Shown here: positions 42,657 to 51,967 of the stretch, in pieces | Layout of the letters: every line of letters begins with the position of its first letter | How positions within the stretch are numbered: the stretch's first letter is position 1 | Assembly (NCBI GenBank): GCA_963796275.1 | Contig: CAWCKY010000006.1 | Location: 2,080,001-2,144,000 of the forward strand | Reading direction: 5' to 3' | DNA: 64,000 bases | Source of the DNA: an uncultured Acidobacteriota bacterium | GTDB taxonomy: Bacteria; Acidobacteriota; Blastocatellia; RBC074 | Notes under the pieces: model-generated | The model's database searches: none | The model's input: only the letters and a program-made list of their open reading frames with translations | Told to the model about the DNA's origin: nothing | Translations under genes and position numbers: made by a program

Positions 42657-43700
42657 ATGGCAGACCTTCGTTTCGCAATCATCGGCACGGGCTTCTGGTC
42701 GCAGTTTCAGCTCGCCGCGTGGCGCGAGCTCGATGGCGTGGAGTGCGTTGCGCTATGCAATCGGACGCGCTCCCGGTCTGAAGAACTGGCCCGCCGCTTC
42801 GGAGTCCCGGCGGTCTATGAAGACGCGCGAGAGATGCTCCGCCGCGAAAAGCTCGATTTCGTCGACATCATCACGGACGTGGATACGCACAGCCGGTTCG
42901 TTCATCTCGCCGCCGAACACAAGCTGCCGGTGATTTGCCAGAAACCGATGGCGCCGTCTCTGGCCGAAGCCGCGGCTATGACAAAAGTCTGCCGCGAGGC
43001 CGGCGTCGGATTCTTCATCCACGAGAACTGGCGCTGGCAGGCGCCGATTCGCGAGTTGAAGAAGCTGTTGGACAGCGGCGCGATCGGCACCGTCTTCCGC
43101 GCGCGCATCCACTTCTGTTCGAGCTTTCCGGTCTTTGACAATCAACCCTTTCTCAAAGACCTTGGGCAGTTCATCCTGACCGACATCGGCAGCCACATCC
43201 TGGACACGGCGCGATTTCTCCTGGGCGAGGCAGAAACGCTGGCATGCCAGGTGCACCGCGTTCATCCTGATATTAAAGGCGAGGACGTGGCCACCGTGAT
43301 GATGAAGATGGAGAGCGGCGCGACGGTGGTCTGCGAGATGAGCTACGCGAGCCGTCTCGAACACGAACGCTTCCCCGAAACCTATGTTTACGTCGAAGGC
43401 GAAGAGGGGTCGATCGAGCTGGGGCCGGATTACTGGGTTCGCATGACCACGGCTGTTGGCACGCACGCGCGGCGCTACCCGCCACCGCGCTATGGGTGGG
43501 CCGATCCGGCTTACGACCTGGTGCAGGCGAGCATCGTCCCGTGCAACGCCGACCTGCTGCTGGCCTTGCAGGGGAAAACGATCGCCGAGACGACCGGCGA
43601 AGATAACTTGAAGACCATCCGACTCGTCTTCGCCTGCTACGATGCGGCGCGAAACCAACAGATCATTGATTTAAAGAGCGGGCCGAGGGAGAAAGAATGA
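42657..43700 (+). CDS. apsD: Gfo/Idh/MocA oxidoreductase; probable D-apiose dehydrogenase
   Basis: IIGTGFWS..QL.AW, ICQKPMAP, HENWRWQ, DIGSHILD, GEDVAT; operon context. Confidence 0.75.
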   Translation: MADLRFAIIGTGFWSQFQLAAWRELDGVECVALCNRTRSRSEELARRFGVPAVYEDAREMLRREKLDFVDIITDVDTHSRFVHLAAEHKLPVICQKPMAPSLAEAAAMTKVCREAGVGFFIHENWRWQAPIRELKKLLDSGAIGTVFRARIHFCSSFPVFDNQPFLKDLGQFILTDIGSHILDTARFLLGEAETLACQVHRVHPDIKGEDVATVMMKMESGATVVCEMSYASRLEHERFPETYVYVEGEEGSIELGPDYWVRMTTAVGTHARRYPPPRYGWADPAYDLVQASIVPCNADLLLALQGKTIAETTGEDNLKTIRLVFACYDAARNQQIIDLKSGPREKE

Positions 43701-44551
43701 TTTCAATTGCCTTGATGGGCGCGGGCGGCAAGATGGGTTGCCGCATCACCGACAGGTTGAAGGATTCGGAATACCGGATGTTTTACGTAGAAGTCGGCGG
43801 GGTTGGAATTGCGAATTTGGCCGAGCGTGGAATTGCGCCCACGCCGCAGGATCAGGCGCTGGTCAAGGCCGACGCAGTGATCCTCGCTCTGCCCGACAAC
43901 CTGATCGAACACATCTCTGCCGAGATCGTGCCTAAGCTGAAGGGCGGCGCGCTGGTCATTTGCCTCGATCCCGCCGCACCGCTGGCGGGCAAAGTGCGAC
44001 ACCGCGACGACCTGGCTTACTTCGTCACACATCCGTGTCACCCCTCCGTCTTCAACTATGATGCGACGCCCGAGGAGCGCCGCGATTTCTTCGGCGGCAT
44101 TGCGGCAAAGCAGAACATCGTGTGCGCGCTGATGCTCGGCGACGAAGACGATTATGTGCGTGGCGAGGAGATCGCGAAGAAGATGTACTCACCCGTCATC
44201 AGATCGCACCGCGTGACGGTTGAGCAGATGGCGATCCTCGAACCGGCGTTATCGGAGACGACGGCGCAGACCTGTTTGCAGGTCGTGCGAGAAGCGATGG
44301 ACGAGGCGATCCGGCGCGGCGTGCCAGCCGAAGCTGCGCGCGACTTCATCCTCGGACACATCAACATCCAACTGGCGATCTTCTTCGGCGAATTGAACAT
44401 TCAATTTTCAGACGGGGCGAAGAAGGCTATGGCGCGTGCCCGCGACCAGATCATCAAACCGGATTGGAAAAGAGTCTTCGAGCCTGAGAACATCCGCGAG
44501 TGTCTGGAAGCGATCACCCGCTCACCTCAATCATCGAAAGGAGATCAATAA
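43697..44551 (+). CDS. apnO: D-apionate oxidoisomerase
   Basis: IALMGAGGKMG.R, LALPD, LDPAAP, THPCHP, CALM.G, QMAILEP.LSE, FILGH, FSD; ATGA coupling to the upstream gene. Confidence 0.85.
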   Translation: MISIALMGAGGKMGCRITDRLKDSEYRMFYVEVGGVGIANLAERGIAPTPQDQALVKADAVILALPDNLIEHISAEIVPKLKGGALVICLDPAAPLAGKVRHRDDLAYFVTHPCHPSVFNYDATPEERRDFFGGIAAKQNIVCALMLGDEDDYVRGEEIAKKMYSPVIRSHRVTVEQMAILEPALSETTAQTCLQVVREAMDEAIRRGVPAEAARDFILGHINIQLAIFFGELNIQFSDGAKKAMARARDQIIKPDWKRVFEPENIRECLEAITRSPQSSKGDQ

Positions 44552-45565
44552 ATGAACCGCCTGATCATAACCGCGGCGGGGCTCGTCATTGCCGCTATCT
44601 TCTCGTCCTGCAATTCCGCGCCGTCAGGACCGAAGCAGATTACCGTCGGCGTCTCGTTCGAGACTTTGCAGACCGAATATTGGGTTGCGGGGTTCGAGGC
44701 GATTAAGTCCGAGCTCAAAGAACGCAACATTCAGGTGCTCGAAGCCATCGCCGACGGGGACGCCAACCGTCAGCTCGAACAGATCAACAACTTCATCGTG
44801 CGCAAGGTTGACGGCATCATCGCCGTGCCCAAAGACGCGAAGACGATCATCCCGATGATCAAGGCGGCCAATGCCGCCAACATCCCGATCGTGCTCTACA
44901 ACCGCCCCGCCGACCAGACCGAGGCGAAGTCGGTCGCCGTAGTTGCCGACAACTACGCGATCACGAAGGCAACTGTCGAATATATGTGCGAGCAGGCGAA
45001 GCGGTCGAGCAAGAGGTACAAGGCCGCTATCCTGATCGGCGATCTCGGCGACATCAATGCAGTCGGGCGGCGCGACGGGTTTGAGAACGCAGTGAAAGCC
45101 TACGGGGACGTAATTGAAGTCGTCGCGCGCATCCCGACGGAATGGAATGGCGAGAAGGCGCGCGCCGGCGTAACCAACGCGCTGCAAGCCAATCCCGACA
45201 TCAACTTCATCTTCACCTCGTCGGACTTCATGCTGCCGCCGATCATCCAGGCGCTCAAAGAAGCGGGCAAATACAAGAAGATCGGCGAGGAAGGACACGT
45301 CCTGCTAGGCGGTTTCGACGGCGACGCTACCGCGTACCAGATGCTCGTTGACGGCTACCTCGACGCCGATGGCGTGCAGGACGTCTATTTCGAGAGCGAG
45401 GCGGCGGTGCAGGCGGTGCTGGACATGAGTGCCGGCAAAGAGGTGCCTGCGAAAATACTCGACCAGGGCTTTGTGATTCATCAAAGCAATTTGAAGGAGA
45501 TGGCTGGCAAGATGTGGGGCGCGCAGGCGAAGAAGCAGGTGGCCGGAAACGCCGGAAACAATTGA
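44552..45565 (+). CDS. Sugar ABC transporter substrate-binding lipoprotein (RbsB-like)
   Basis: Lipobox-like FSSC, QLEQINNFI.RKVDGII, IPIVLYNR, GGFDG. Confidence 0.88.
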   Translation: MNRLIITAAGLVIAAIFSSCNSAPSGPKQITVGVSFETLQTEYWVAGFEAIKSELKERNIQVLEAIADGDANRQLEQINNFIVRKVDGIIAVPKDAKTIIPMIKAANAANIPIVLYNRPADQTEAKSVAVVADNYAITKATVEYMCEQAKRSSKRYKAAILIGDLGDINAVGRRDGFENAVKAYGDVIEVVARIPTEWNGEKARAGVTNALQANPDINFIFTSSDFMLPPIIQALKEAGKYKKIGEEGHVLLGGFDGDATAYQMLVDGYLDADGVQDVYFESEAAVQAVLDMSAGKEVPAKILDQGFVIHQSNLKEMAGKMWGAQAKKQVAGNAGNN

Positions 45566-46587
45566 TGGAAGATTCCGCGAAACAACGACGAGATGGTTGG
45601 GCGTTCGTCTTTGAAGCAAAGGGGATGCGCAATCCGTTTGTGTCCGAATTATCCGTCTTCTACCTGGCGATTCTTTACTTTCTAGCGCTCACGCCGTTCA
45701 CGCCCGGGCTAGCCTCGGCGGAGAACGCGGCCAACATCTTTTCGAATCTGCTGCCGCTGCTTATTGTCGCCCTCGGACAGACGGTTGTGCTGATCGCCGG
45801 CGGGATCGATCTGTCTGTGACTTCAACTATCGCTCTGTCGAGCGTGATTGGCGCGATGGTGATGAGCGGCGACCAGGGCTGGATGGGAGGAAGCCGCTGG
45901 GCGACGCCTGCGGCTATCGTCGCGATGCTGCTGGCGGGCGCCGTGATCGGGTTACTCAATGGAGCGGCGATCACGCTTCTCCGAATGCCGGCGTTCATCG
46001 TCACGCTGACGACGATGATGTTCGCAAGCGGGCTGGCCGTCTGGCTGACGAAATCGAAGACGATCTACAACCTACCGCCGACATTTAATGCCATCGGGAA
46101 AGGCTCGTTCTTCATCGTCCCGTACGCGTTCGTCGTAGCGACGCTCGTCGCACTGTCTTTGCATGTTGCGCTGAGGCAGACACTGTTCGGGAGGTGGCTT
46201 TACGCGATCGGGCACAACGCAAAAGCGGCGGAGGTTTCCGGCGTGCCGGTCGGGCGGACAACCCGGTTGGCATACGTCATCAGTGGTCTGTGCGCGGCGG
46301 TGACTTCGATTCTCTACACCGGACGAATAGAGACCGGTTCGCCAATCTTGGGGCAGCGCATTCTGCTGGACGTGATCGGCGCGGCTGTCATCGGCGGGAC
46401 GTCGTTGTTCGGCGGCAAGGGCAAAGTCATCTGGACGGTCTCAGGCGTGCTCTTCATCACACTGATTGACAACAGCCTGAACATGCTCGGTCTCTCGTAC
46501 TTTTTCATCATGATGGTCAAGGGCGCGGTGATCCTGCTGGCTGCGCTGCTCGATGCGTGGAGGAACCGATTGCTCGCGGGGCGTTAA
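45565..46587 (+). CDS. Sugar ABC transporter permease (RbsC-like)
   Basis: GGIDLSV, PAFIVTL, GRWLYAIG.N..AA..SG, AAVIGGTSLFGG.G; TGATG overlap start. Confidence 0.9.
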   Translation: MEDSAKQRRDGWAFVFEAKGMRNPFVSELSVFYLAILYFLALTPFTPGLASAENAANIFSNLLPLLIVALGQTVVLIAGGIDLSVTSTIALSSVIGAMVMSGDQGWMGGSRWATPAAIVAMLLAGAVIGLLNGAAITLLRMPAFIVTLTTMMFASGLAVWLTKSKTIYNLPPTFNAIGKGSFFIVPYAFVVATLVALSLHVALRQTLFGRWLYAIGHNAKAAEVSGVPVGRTTRLAYVISGLCAAVTSILYTGRIETGSPILGQRILLDVIGAAVIGGTSLFGGKGKVIWTVSGVLFITLIDNSLNMLGLSYFFIMMVKGAVILLAALLDAWRNRLLAGR

Positions 46588-46640
46588 GCCGTGGGGCGGG
46601 ATTGCATCTGATGCCGCTGGTGAATTCGTTTTGGACAGCA

Positions 46641-46726
46641 AATCAGTACCGCGAGCGGTAGCGAGCGTGGCTCTCGCAAAGGATTTACGCCGGAAGTCAC
46701 GCTCGCTACCGCTCGCGGTACTGATT
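46641..46726. repeat. REP-like element, family B, perfect 29-bp inverted arms inside the ABC operon
   Basis: AATCAGTACCGCGAGCGGTAGCGAGCGTG ... CACGCTCGCTACCGCTCGCGGTACTGATT. Confidence 0.85.
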
Positions 46727-46770
46727 CGTATCGCATCTCGCCCTATCTCAATAAGCGATTCGACAAGGTC

Positions 46771-48315
46771 ATGGGCGGAACGATCCTCGAATACGATAAG
46801 ATCGAAAAGAGTTTCTTTGGTGTGCGTGTGCTGCGCGGCGTGAGTTTCACCCTCGCGGAAGGCCACATTCTCGGACTGGTGGGAGAGAACGGCGCAGGCA
46901 AATCCACGCTGATGAACATTCTCGGCGGAGTGATCCCGCTCGATGCTGGGCGAATGCTGCTGGGCGGAGAAGAGTATTCACCCCGCGCCGGCCCCGCGGA
47001 GGCGCGCGCACGTGGCGTCGCCTTCATCCATCAGGAATTGAATTTGTTCACGAATCTGAGCGTCGCCGAGAACATCTTCATCACCGATTTTCCAAAGCAT
47101 CGGAAGTGGCTGATCAATCGCCGCGAAATGAAGGCCAGAACTCGGTCGCTCCTGGAATCGCTCGACCTGAGCGTCGCGCCGGAGGCGTTGGTCGAAAATC
47201 TCTCGCCCGGCGAACGACAACTGGTCGAGATCGCCAAGGCAATGAGCAGTTCGCCGAAGATCATCATCCTCGACGAGCCGACGACTTCGCTCACCGCGCG
47301 CGAGACCGAGCGGTTGTTCACGATACTTGAACGGCTACGGGCGCAGGGCGTCTCGATGATCTATATCTCGCACAACCTCGGCGACGTGCTGCGGGTGTGC
47401 GACGACGTGGTCGTGCTGCGCGACGGCGAGGTAGTCGGGGCGGGACGCAAAAGCGAATTCACGGAGGAGCGGATGATCGCGCTGATGGTCGGGCGGACGC
47501 TCGATCAGCTTTTCCCGGAGCGAGCGGGCGCTGTTTCGCGAGAAATCGCGCTTGAGGTCAACGGTCTCACGCAGACCGGCGTAATCGAAGACATCAGCTT
47601 TCGTTTGCATAAAGGCGAGGTGGTGGGCGTCGCGGGATTGATGGGCGCGGGGCGCACGGAGTTGGCGCGGGTGCTGTTCGGACTTGTGCCCGCGGAGCAC
47701 GGCGAGGTATTTATCGACGGCAAACCGGCGCCGCCCACGCCGCGCGGCAGAATTCAAAGCGGCATGGCCTTCCTCACCGAAGACCGGCGGGCAGAGGGGC
47801 TGATGATGGAGGCGGGCATCGCCGACAACATCGCGCTCGCATCGCTGCCATCATTCCAGCATCAAGGCGTGCGCGCGATCACAGGTTTGCTCAACCAGAC
47901 GGAGATTGCGAGCGCAGTCGGCCGCGTCGCACAAAAGGTGCAAATCAAGGGAGCGTCGAACATGCGCCAGGCGGTGAAGACCTTGAGCGGCGGCAACCAG
48001 CAGAAGGTCGTGCTGTCGCGGTGGCTGCTCGGTAAACCTTCCGTCTTCATCCTCGATGAACCGACGCGCGGGGTTGACGTCGGCGCCAGGTCGGAGATTT
48101 ACCGGATCATCAATGATCTGGCGGCGAAGGGGGCGGGCGTGCTTCTGATCTCTTCGGAGATCGAAGAATTGATCGGCCTCTGCGATCGCATTTTGGTGAT
48201 GGCCTGGGGCAGGATCGCCGACTGCGTCGAGCGCGCCGATTTCGACCGTGAACGGATTTTGCGCTCGGCGCTCGGCAAAGCTGACCAGACAAAAAATTGT
48301 GGGACGGAAATATAG
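46771..48315 (+). CDS. Sugar ABC transporter ATP-binding protein (RbsA-like, two NBDs)
   Basis: GENGAGKST, ILDEPT, LSGGNQQK, ILDEPTRGVDVG. Confidence 0.95.
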   Translation: MGGTILEYDKIEKSFFGVRVLRGVSFTLAEGHILGLVGENGAGKSTLMNILGGVIPLDAGRMLLGGEEYSPRAGPAEARARGVAFIHQELNLFTNLSVAENIFITDFPKHRKWLINRREMKARTRSLLESLDLSVAPEALVENLSPGERQLVEIAKAMSSSPKIIILDEPTTSLTARETERLFTILERLRAQGVSMIYISHNLGDVLRVCDDVVVLRDGEVVGAGRKSEFTEERMIALMVGRTLDQLFPERAGAVSREIALEVNGLTQTGVIEDISFRLHKGEVVGVAGLMGAGRTELARVLFGLVPAEHGEVFIDGKPAPPTPRGRIQSGMAFLTEDRRAEGLMMEAGIADNIALASLPSFQHQGVRAITGLLNQTEIASAVGRVAQKVQIKGASNMRQAVKTLSGGNQQKVVLSRWLLGKPSVFILDEPTRGVDVGARSEIYRIINDLAAKGAGVLLISSEIEELIGLCDRILVMAWGRIADCVERADFDRERILRSALGKADQTKNCGTEI

Positions 48316-48346
48316 AAATCCGCCATCGTGCGGTATAGAGGGGCTC

Positions 48347-49318
48347 GTGACTAAAGCGCGTGACATCATTGAAATGTTTCTGCTCCCGCGGGCGTCGCTG
48401 ATACTCTTTGCCGCGGTCTTCGCGGCGTTCGGCCTTCTGTCCCCGAAATTCCTCGAGGCGCCGAATCTGGTCAATCTTCTGATCCAGTCATCTTCAATCG
48501 CCATTACCGCCATCGGGATGACGTTCGTGCTGCTGACAGCGGGAATCGATCTTTCAGTCGGTTCGGTCATGTTCATCACGGCGATCGTGGCGGGGAAAAT
48601 GGTTTTGAGCGGGCAGCCGCTCCCATTGGCTATCGCGGTTGTCCTGCTCGCCGGCATCGCCTGTGGCGCGGTCAATGGCCTGCTCGTTACGCGGCTCGCA
48701 ATCCCGGCCTTCATCGTGACGCTGGGTACGCTTTATCTGGGCCGTGGATTCGGGCTGTGGATGACCGAGACGCGGGCAATGAATCTGCCGGAGAACCTGC
48801 TCCAGATCGGAGCGGCGCGCGTCTTCGGGGCGCCGATTCCGATTCTCATATTCCTGGTCGTGTTGGTGGTCGCACACGTCGTGCTGGCCGAGACGCCGTT
48901 CGGACGGCAGATTTACGCGACCGGCAATGACCGCGAGGCTGCCCAAAAGGCGGGGATTAACACAACGCGCATCATTTTTCTGGTATATGTCGTGAGCGGT
49001 GTGTGTGCGGCCATCGGCGGTTTGGTCTCTGTGGCGCAACTTGGCGCGGTCTCGCCGACATTCGGCAATAGCCGAGAGTTCGCGGCGGTGGCGGCAGCGG
49101 TGCTCGGCGGGACGAGCCTGTTCGGAGGAAGGGGTAAAGTCTTTCCCGGCACGGTCCTGGGCGCGATTCTGCTACAGACGGTCGATAACGGACTGGTCAT
49201 CATCAACGCCGACCCGTACCTCTACCCGATGGTATTGAGTTCGATCATATTTCTGGCAGTGCTCACCGACAGTTTGCGTCATGGTTTGTGGCGGAAGCCT
49301 CGCCGTCAGCCTCGGTGA
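48347..49318 (+). CDS. Sugar ABC transporter permease (second RbsC-like)
   Basis: AGIDLSVG, PAFIVTLG, AAVLGGTSLFGG.G; GTG 48347 follows AGAGGGG. Confidence 0.88.
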   Translation: MTKARDIIEMFLLPRASLILFAAVFAAFGLLSPKFLEAPNLVNLLIQSSSIAITAIGMTFVLLTAGIDLSVGSVMFITAIVAGKMVLSGQPLPLAIAVVLLAGIACGAVNGLLVTRLAIPAFIVTLGTLYLGRGFGLWMTETRAMNLPENLLQIGAARVFGAPIPILIFLVVLVVAHVVLAETPFGRQIYATGNDREAAQKAGINTTRIIFLVYVVSGVCAAIGGLVSVAQLGAVSPTFGNSREFAAVAAAVLGGTSLFGGRGKVFPGTVLGAILLQTVDNGLVIINADPYLYPMVLSSIIFLAVLTDSLRHGLWRKPRRQPR

Positions 49319-49357
49319 CCAGACTCGGTGAAATGCTGAAAGGAGCTATGCTTCGTT

Positions 49358-51958
49358 ATGGTTCACCTAAACATCCGGCTCTTCAAATTAACGCTTGTTC
49401 TGACCGCGGTCGGGTTGGTCGGAACGGTCGCGACTCATTCGTCAGTTTCCTCTGCAAATGGTACTCAGGCCCCGGCTCTGGCTCCCGCGCAAGAAGGCAT
49501 CGAATTTTTTGAGAAGAAGATTCGGCCGGTACTGACCGACAATTGCTATCAATGTCACAGCGCACAAGCCGGAACGCCGCAAGGTGGGTTGTTGCTCGAT
49601 TCGCGCGAAGCGATGCGCAAAGGCGGCGTTTCGGGTCAGGCCGCAATTATCCCGGGCGATCCGGATAACAGTTTGCTCATCCGCGCTATTCGCTACACCG
49701 ACCCGAATCTGCAGATGCCGCCCGGTGGCAAGCTGCCTGACCGGGTCATCCGGGATTTCGAAGAGTGGGTGAAGATGGGCGCGCCCGATCCGCGCGGCGC
49801 GAACGCTCCGAACGCTATGTGGCAGGCTTATGACTTCGACGAGGCGAAGAAGTTCTGGTCGTTCCAGCCCGTCAAAGACCGCCAGCCGCCACGGGTTGAA
49901 AACGAAGCCTGGGTCAGAACACCGGTTGATCGCTTCATCCGCGCTAAACTGGAAGAGAAAAAATTGAAGCCCGTGGCCGATGCCGACCGCCGCACGCTGA
50001 TTCGCCGCGCGACGTTCGATTTGACCGGCCTGCCGCCGACGCCGCGCGAGATCGATGGCTTCCTGACCGATCAGTCGCCGAACGCTTTTGAGAAAGTGGT
50101 TGACCGACTGCTCGCCTCGTCCGCCTACGGCGAACGTTGGGGCCGTCATTGGCTGGACCTGGTGCGCTATGCCGACACCGCCGGCTGTAATTCTGATTTC
50201 CCCGTGCCGCAGGCTTACAAGTACCGCAACTACGTCATCAGGGCATTCAACGAAGACAAGCCCTACGACGAGTTCATCCGCGAGCAGATCGCCGGCGATC
50301 TGCTGCCGCACAAAGACGAGGCTGACAGATTCGAGAAGATCGTCGCTACCGGCTACATTGCCATCTCGCGTCGCTTCGGGTCGCGTGACACCGATCACAA
50401 CCTGGCGATTGACGATACGATTGACAATGTCGGCAAAGCCTTCCTGGGTTTGACGACAAGCTGCGCGCGCTGCCACGACCACAAGTTCGACCCGATTCCG
50501 ACCAAAGACTATTACGCGCTCTATGGCATCTTCGCCAGCACGCGCTACCCGTTCCCCGGCACCGAGATATACCCGCATCCGCATAGCCTCGTCCCGCTCA
50601 CTAACGGCAATGGATCCGAGCGTCTCGAAAAGTACCAGAAAGAGGCCGGCGAACTTGAATTGAAGAAGGAAGCTTTGCAGGTTGAACGCGGCTACGCGCG
50701 CGGCAGACAGCGACAGAAGGAGACCGGGCCCGAAGTCGTGACTAAAGCGGCGGGCAAGACCGTTAAGACCGATCAGATCGGACGCATCATCGCAATCGGC
50801 AAGCTGATCGAGGAAGACCACGACGACCGCAACCTGAAGATCGCCGAGGCTTCCACACGCACCGTCGAACAGATCGAGGAGGAACTCAAGCTAATCAAGC
50901 TGCGGCTGGCTGAATTGGGTGAAGCTCCAAAGCTCGACAAAGCTTATGCCGTCGCCGAAGGCGCACCTGCCGACGCGCGCATCCATCGCAAAGGCGACAA
51001 CAAGAACCTGGGCGAGATTGCGCCGCGCGGATTCCTGACGATTCTCGGCGGCCAGCATCTGCCCGATGGTTACAAGGGCAGCGGACGGCTTGAATTGGCG
51101 AAATGGCTTAGCAGCGCCGAGAACCCGCTTACCAGCCGCGTGATAGTCAATCGCGTCTGGCTTTATCATTTCGGCAAAGGTCTCGTGCAGACGCCGAACG
51201 ACTGGGGCAAGCGGGGAGCAGCTCCAACTCATGCGGAACTTCTGGATTACCTCGCCGCACGCTTCGTCGCCGGAGGCTGGTCAATCAAGCGTCTGCACCG
51301 CGAGTTGATGCTCTCGCGCGTCTATCAATTGGGCAGCGGCGAGAACGCGGCGAACGCCGGGCTGGACGCGGCCAACAATTACCTCTGGCGCTTCAACCGG
51401 CGCCGGCTCGACGCCGAAGAGATTCGAGACGCTATGCTCGCGGTGAGCGGCGCGCTCGAACAGGACGCCGGCGGCCCGCACCCGTTCCCGCCCGAAAGCC
51501 TCTGGCGCTATAGCCAACACAACCCGTTCGTCGCCGTATACGAGCACAATGGGCGCGGCATTTATCTGATGCAGCAGCGCATCCGCGCGCACCCTCAGCT
51601 TTCAATCTTCGACGGAGCCGACACCAATACTCCCACAGGCGAACGTGTCTTGAGCACCACGCCTTTGCAAGCCCTGTTCATGATGAACAACCCATTTGCG
51701 CATAAACAAGCCGACAACTTGGCGGTCCGCGTGGGACTGGCTTTTGCCGATGACACCAGGCGCATTGATTACGCTTACCGTCTGGCTCTCGGTCGCCCGC
51801 CCACGCCAGCGGAGAGCAAGAGAGGGTTGGAATACTTGCGCGACATCCGCCCCGATCTGACGGCGATTGGGGTCGAGGAAGAGGCGCAGACGCGAGCGGC
51901 TCTGGCGAGCTATTTGCGGGTGTTAGTCAGCAGCAGTGAGTTCATCTTTGTGGATTGA
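49358..51958 (+). CDS. PSD1 / planctomycete cytochrome c protein (PSCyt1 + DUF1549 + DUF1553)
   Basis: FFEKKIRPVL..NCYQCH, YGERWGRHWLDLVRYADT, CARCHDHKFDPI, SGRLELA.W, VNRVW..HFG.G, TTPLQALF.MN. Confidence 0.92.
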   Translation: MVHLNIRLFKLTLVLTAVGLVGTVATHSSVSSANGTQAPALAPAQEGIEFFEKKIRPVLTDNCYQCHSAQAGTPQGGLLLDSREAMRKGGVSGQAAIIPGDPDNSLLIRAIRYTDPNLQMPPGGKLPDRVIRDFEEWVKMGAPDPRGANAPNAMWQAYDFDEAKKFWSFQPVKDRQPPRVENEAWVRTPVDRFIRAKLEEKKLKPVADADRRTLIRRATFDLTGLPPTPREIDGFLTDQSPNAFEKVVDRLLASSAYGERWGRHWLDLVRYADTAGCNSDFPVPQAYKYRNYVIRAFNEDKPYDEFIREQIAGDLLPHKDEADRFEKIVATGYIAISRRFGSRDTDHNLAIDDTIDNVGKAFLGLTTSCARCHDHKFDPIPTKDYYALYGIFASTRYPFPGTEIYPHPHSLVPLTNGNGSERLEKYQKEAGELELKKEALQVERGYARGRQRQKETGPEVVTKAAGKTVKTDQIGRIIAIGKLIEEDHDDRNLKIAEASTRTVEQIEEELKLIKLRLAELGEAPKLDKAYAVAEGAPADARIHRKGDNKNLGEIAPRGFLTILGGQHLPDGYKGSGRLELAKWLSSAENPLTSRVIVNRVWLYHFGKGLVQTPNDWGKRGAAPTHAELLDYLAARFVAGGWSIKRLHRELMLSRVYQLGSGENAANAGLDAANNYLWRFNRRRLDAEEIRDAMLAVSGALEQDAGGPHPFPPESLWRYSQHNPFVAVYEHNGRGIYLMQQRIRAHPQLSIFDGADTNTPTGERVLSTTPLQALFMMNNPFAHKQADNLAVRVGLAFADDTRRIDYAYRLALGRPPTPAESKRGLEYLRDIRPDLTAIGVEEEAQTRAALASYLRVLVSSSEFIFVD

Positions 51959-51967
51959 GAGGTCTAT

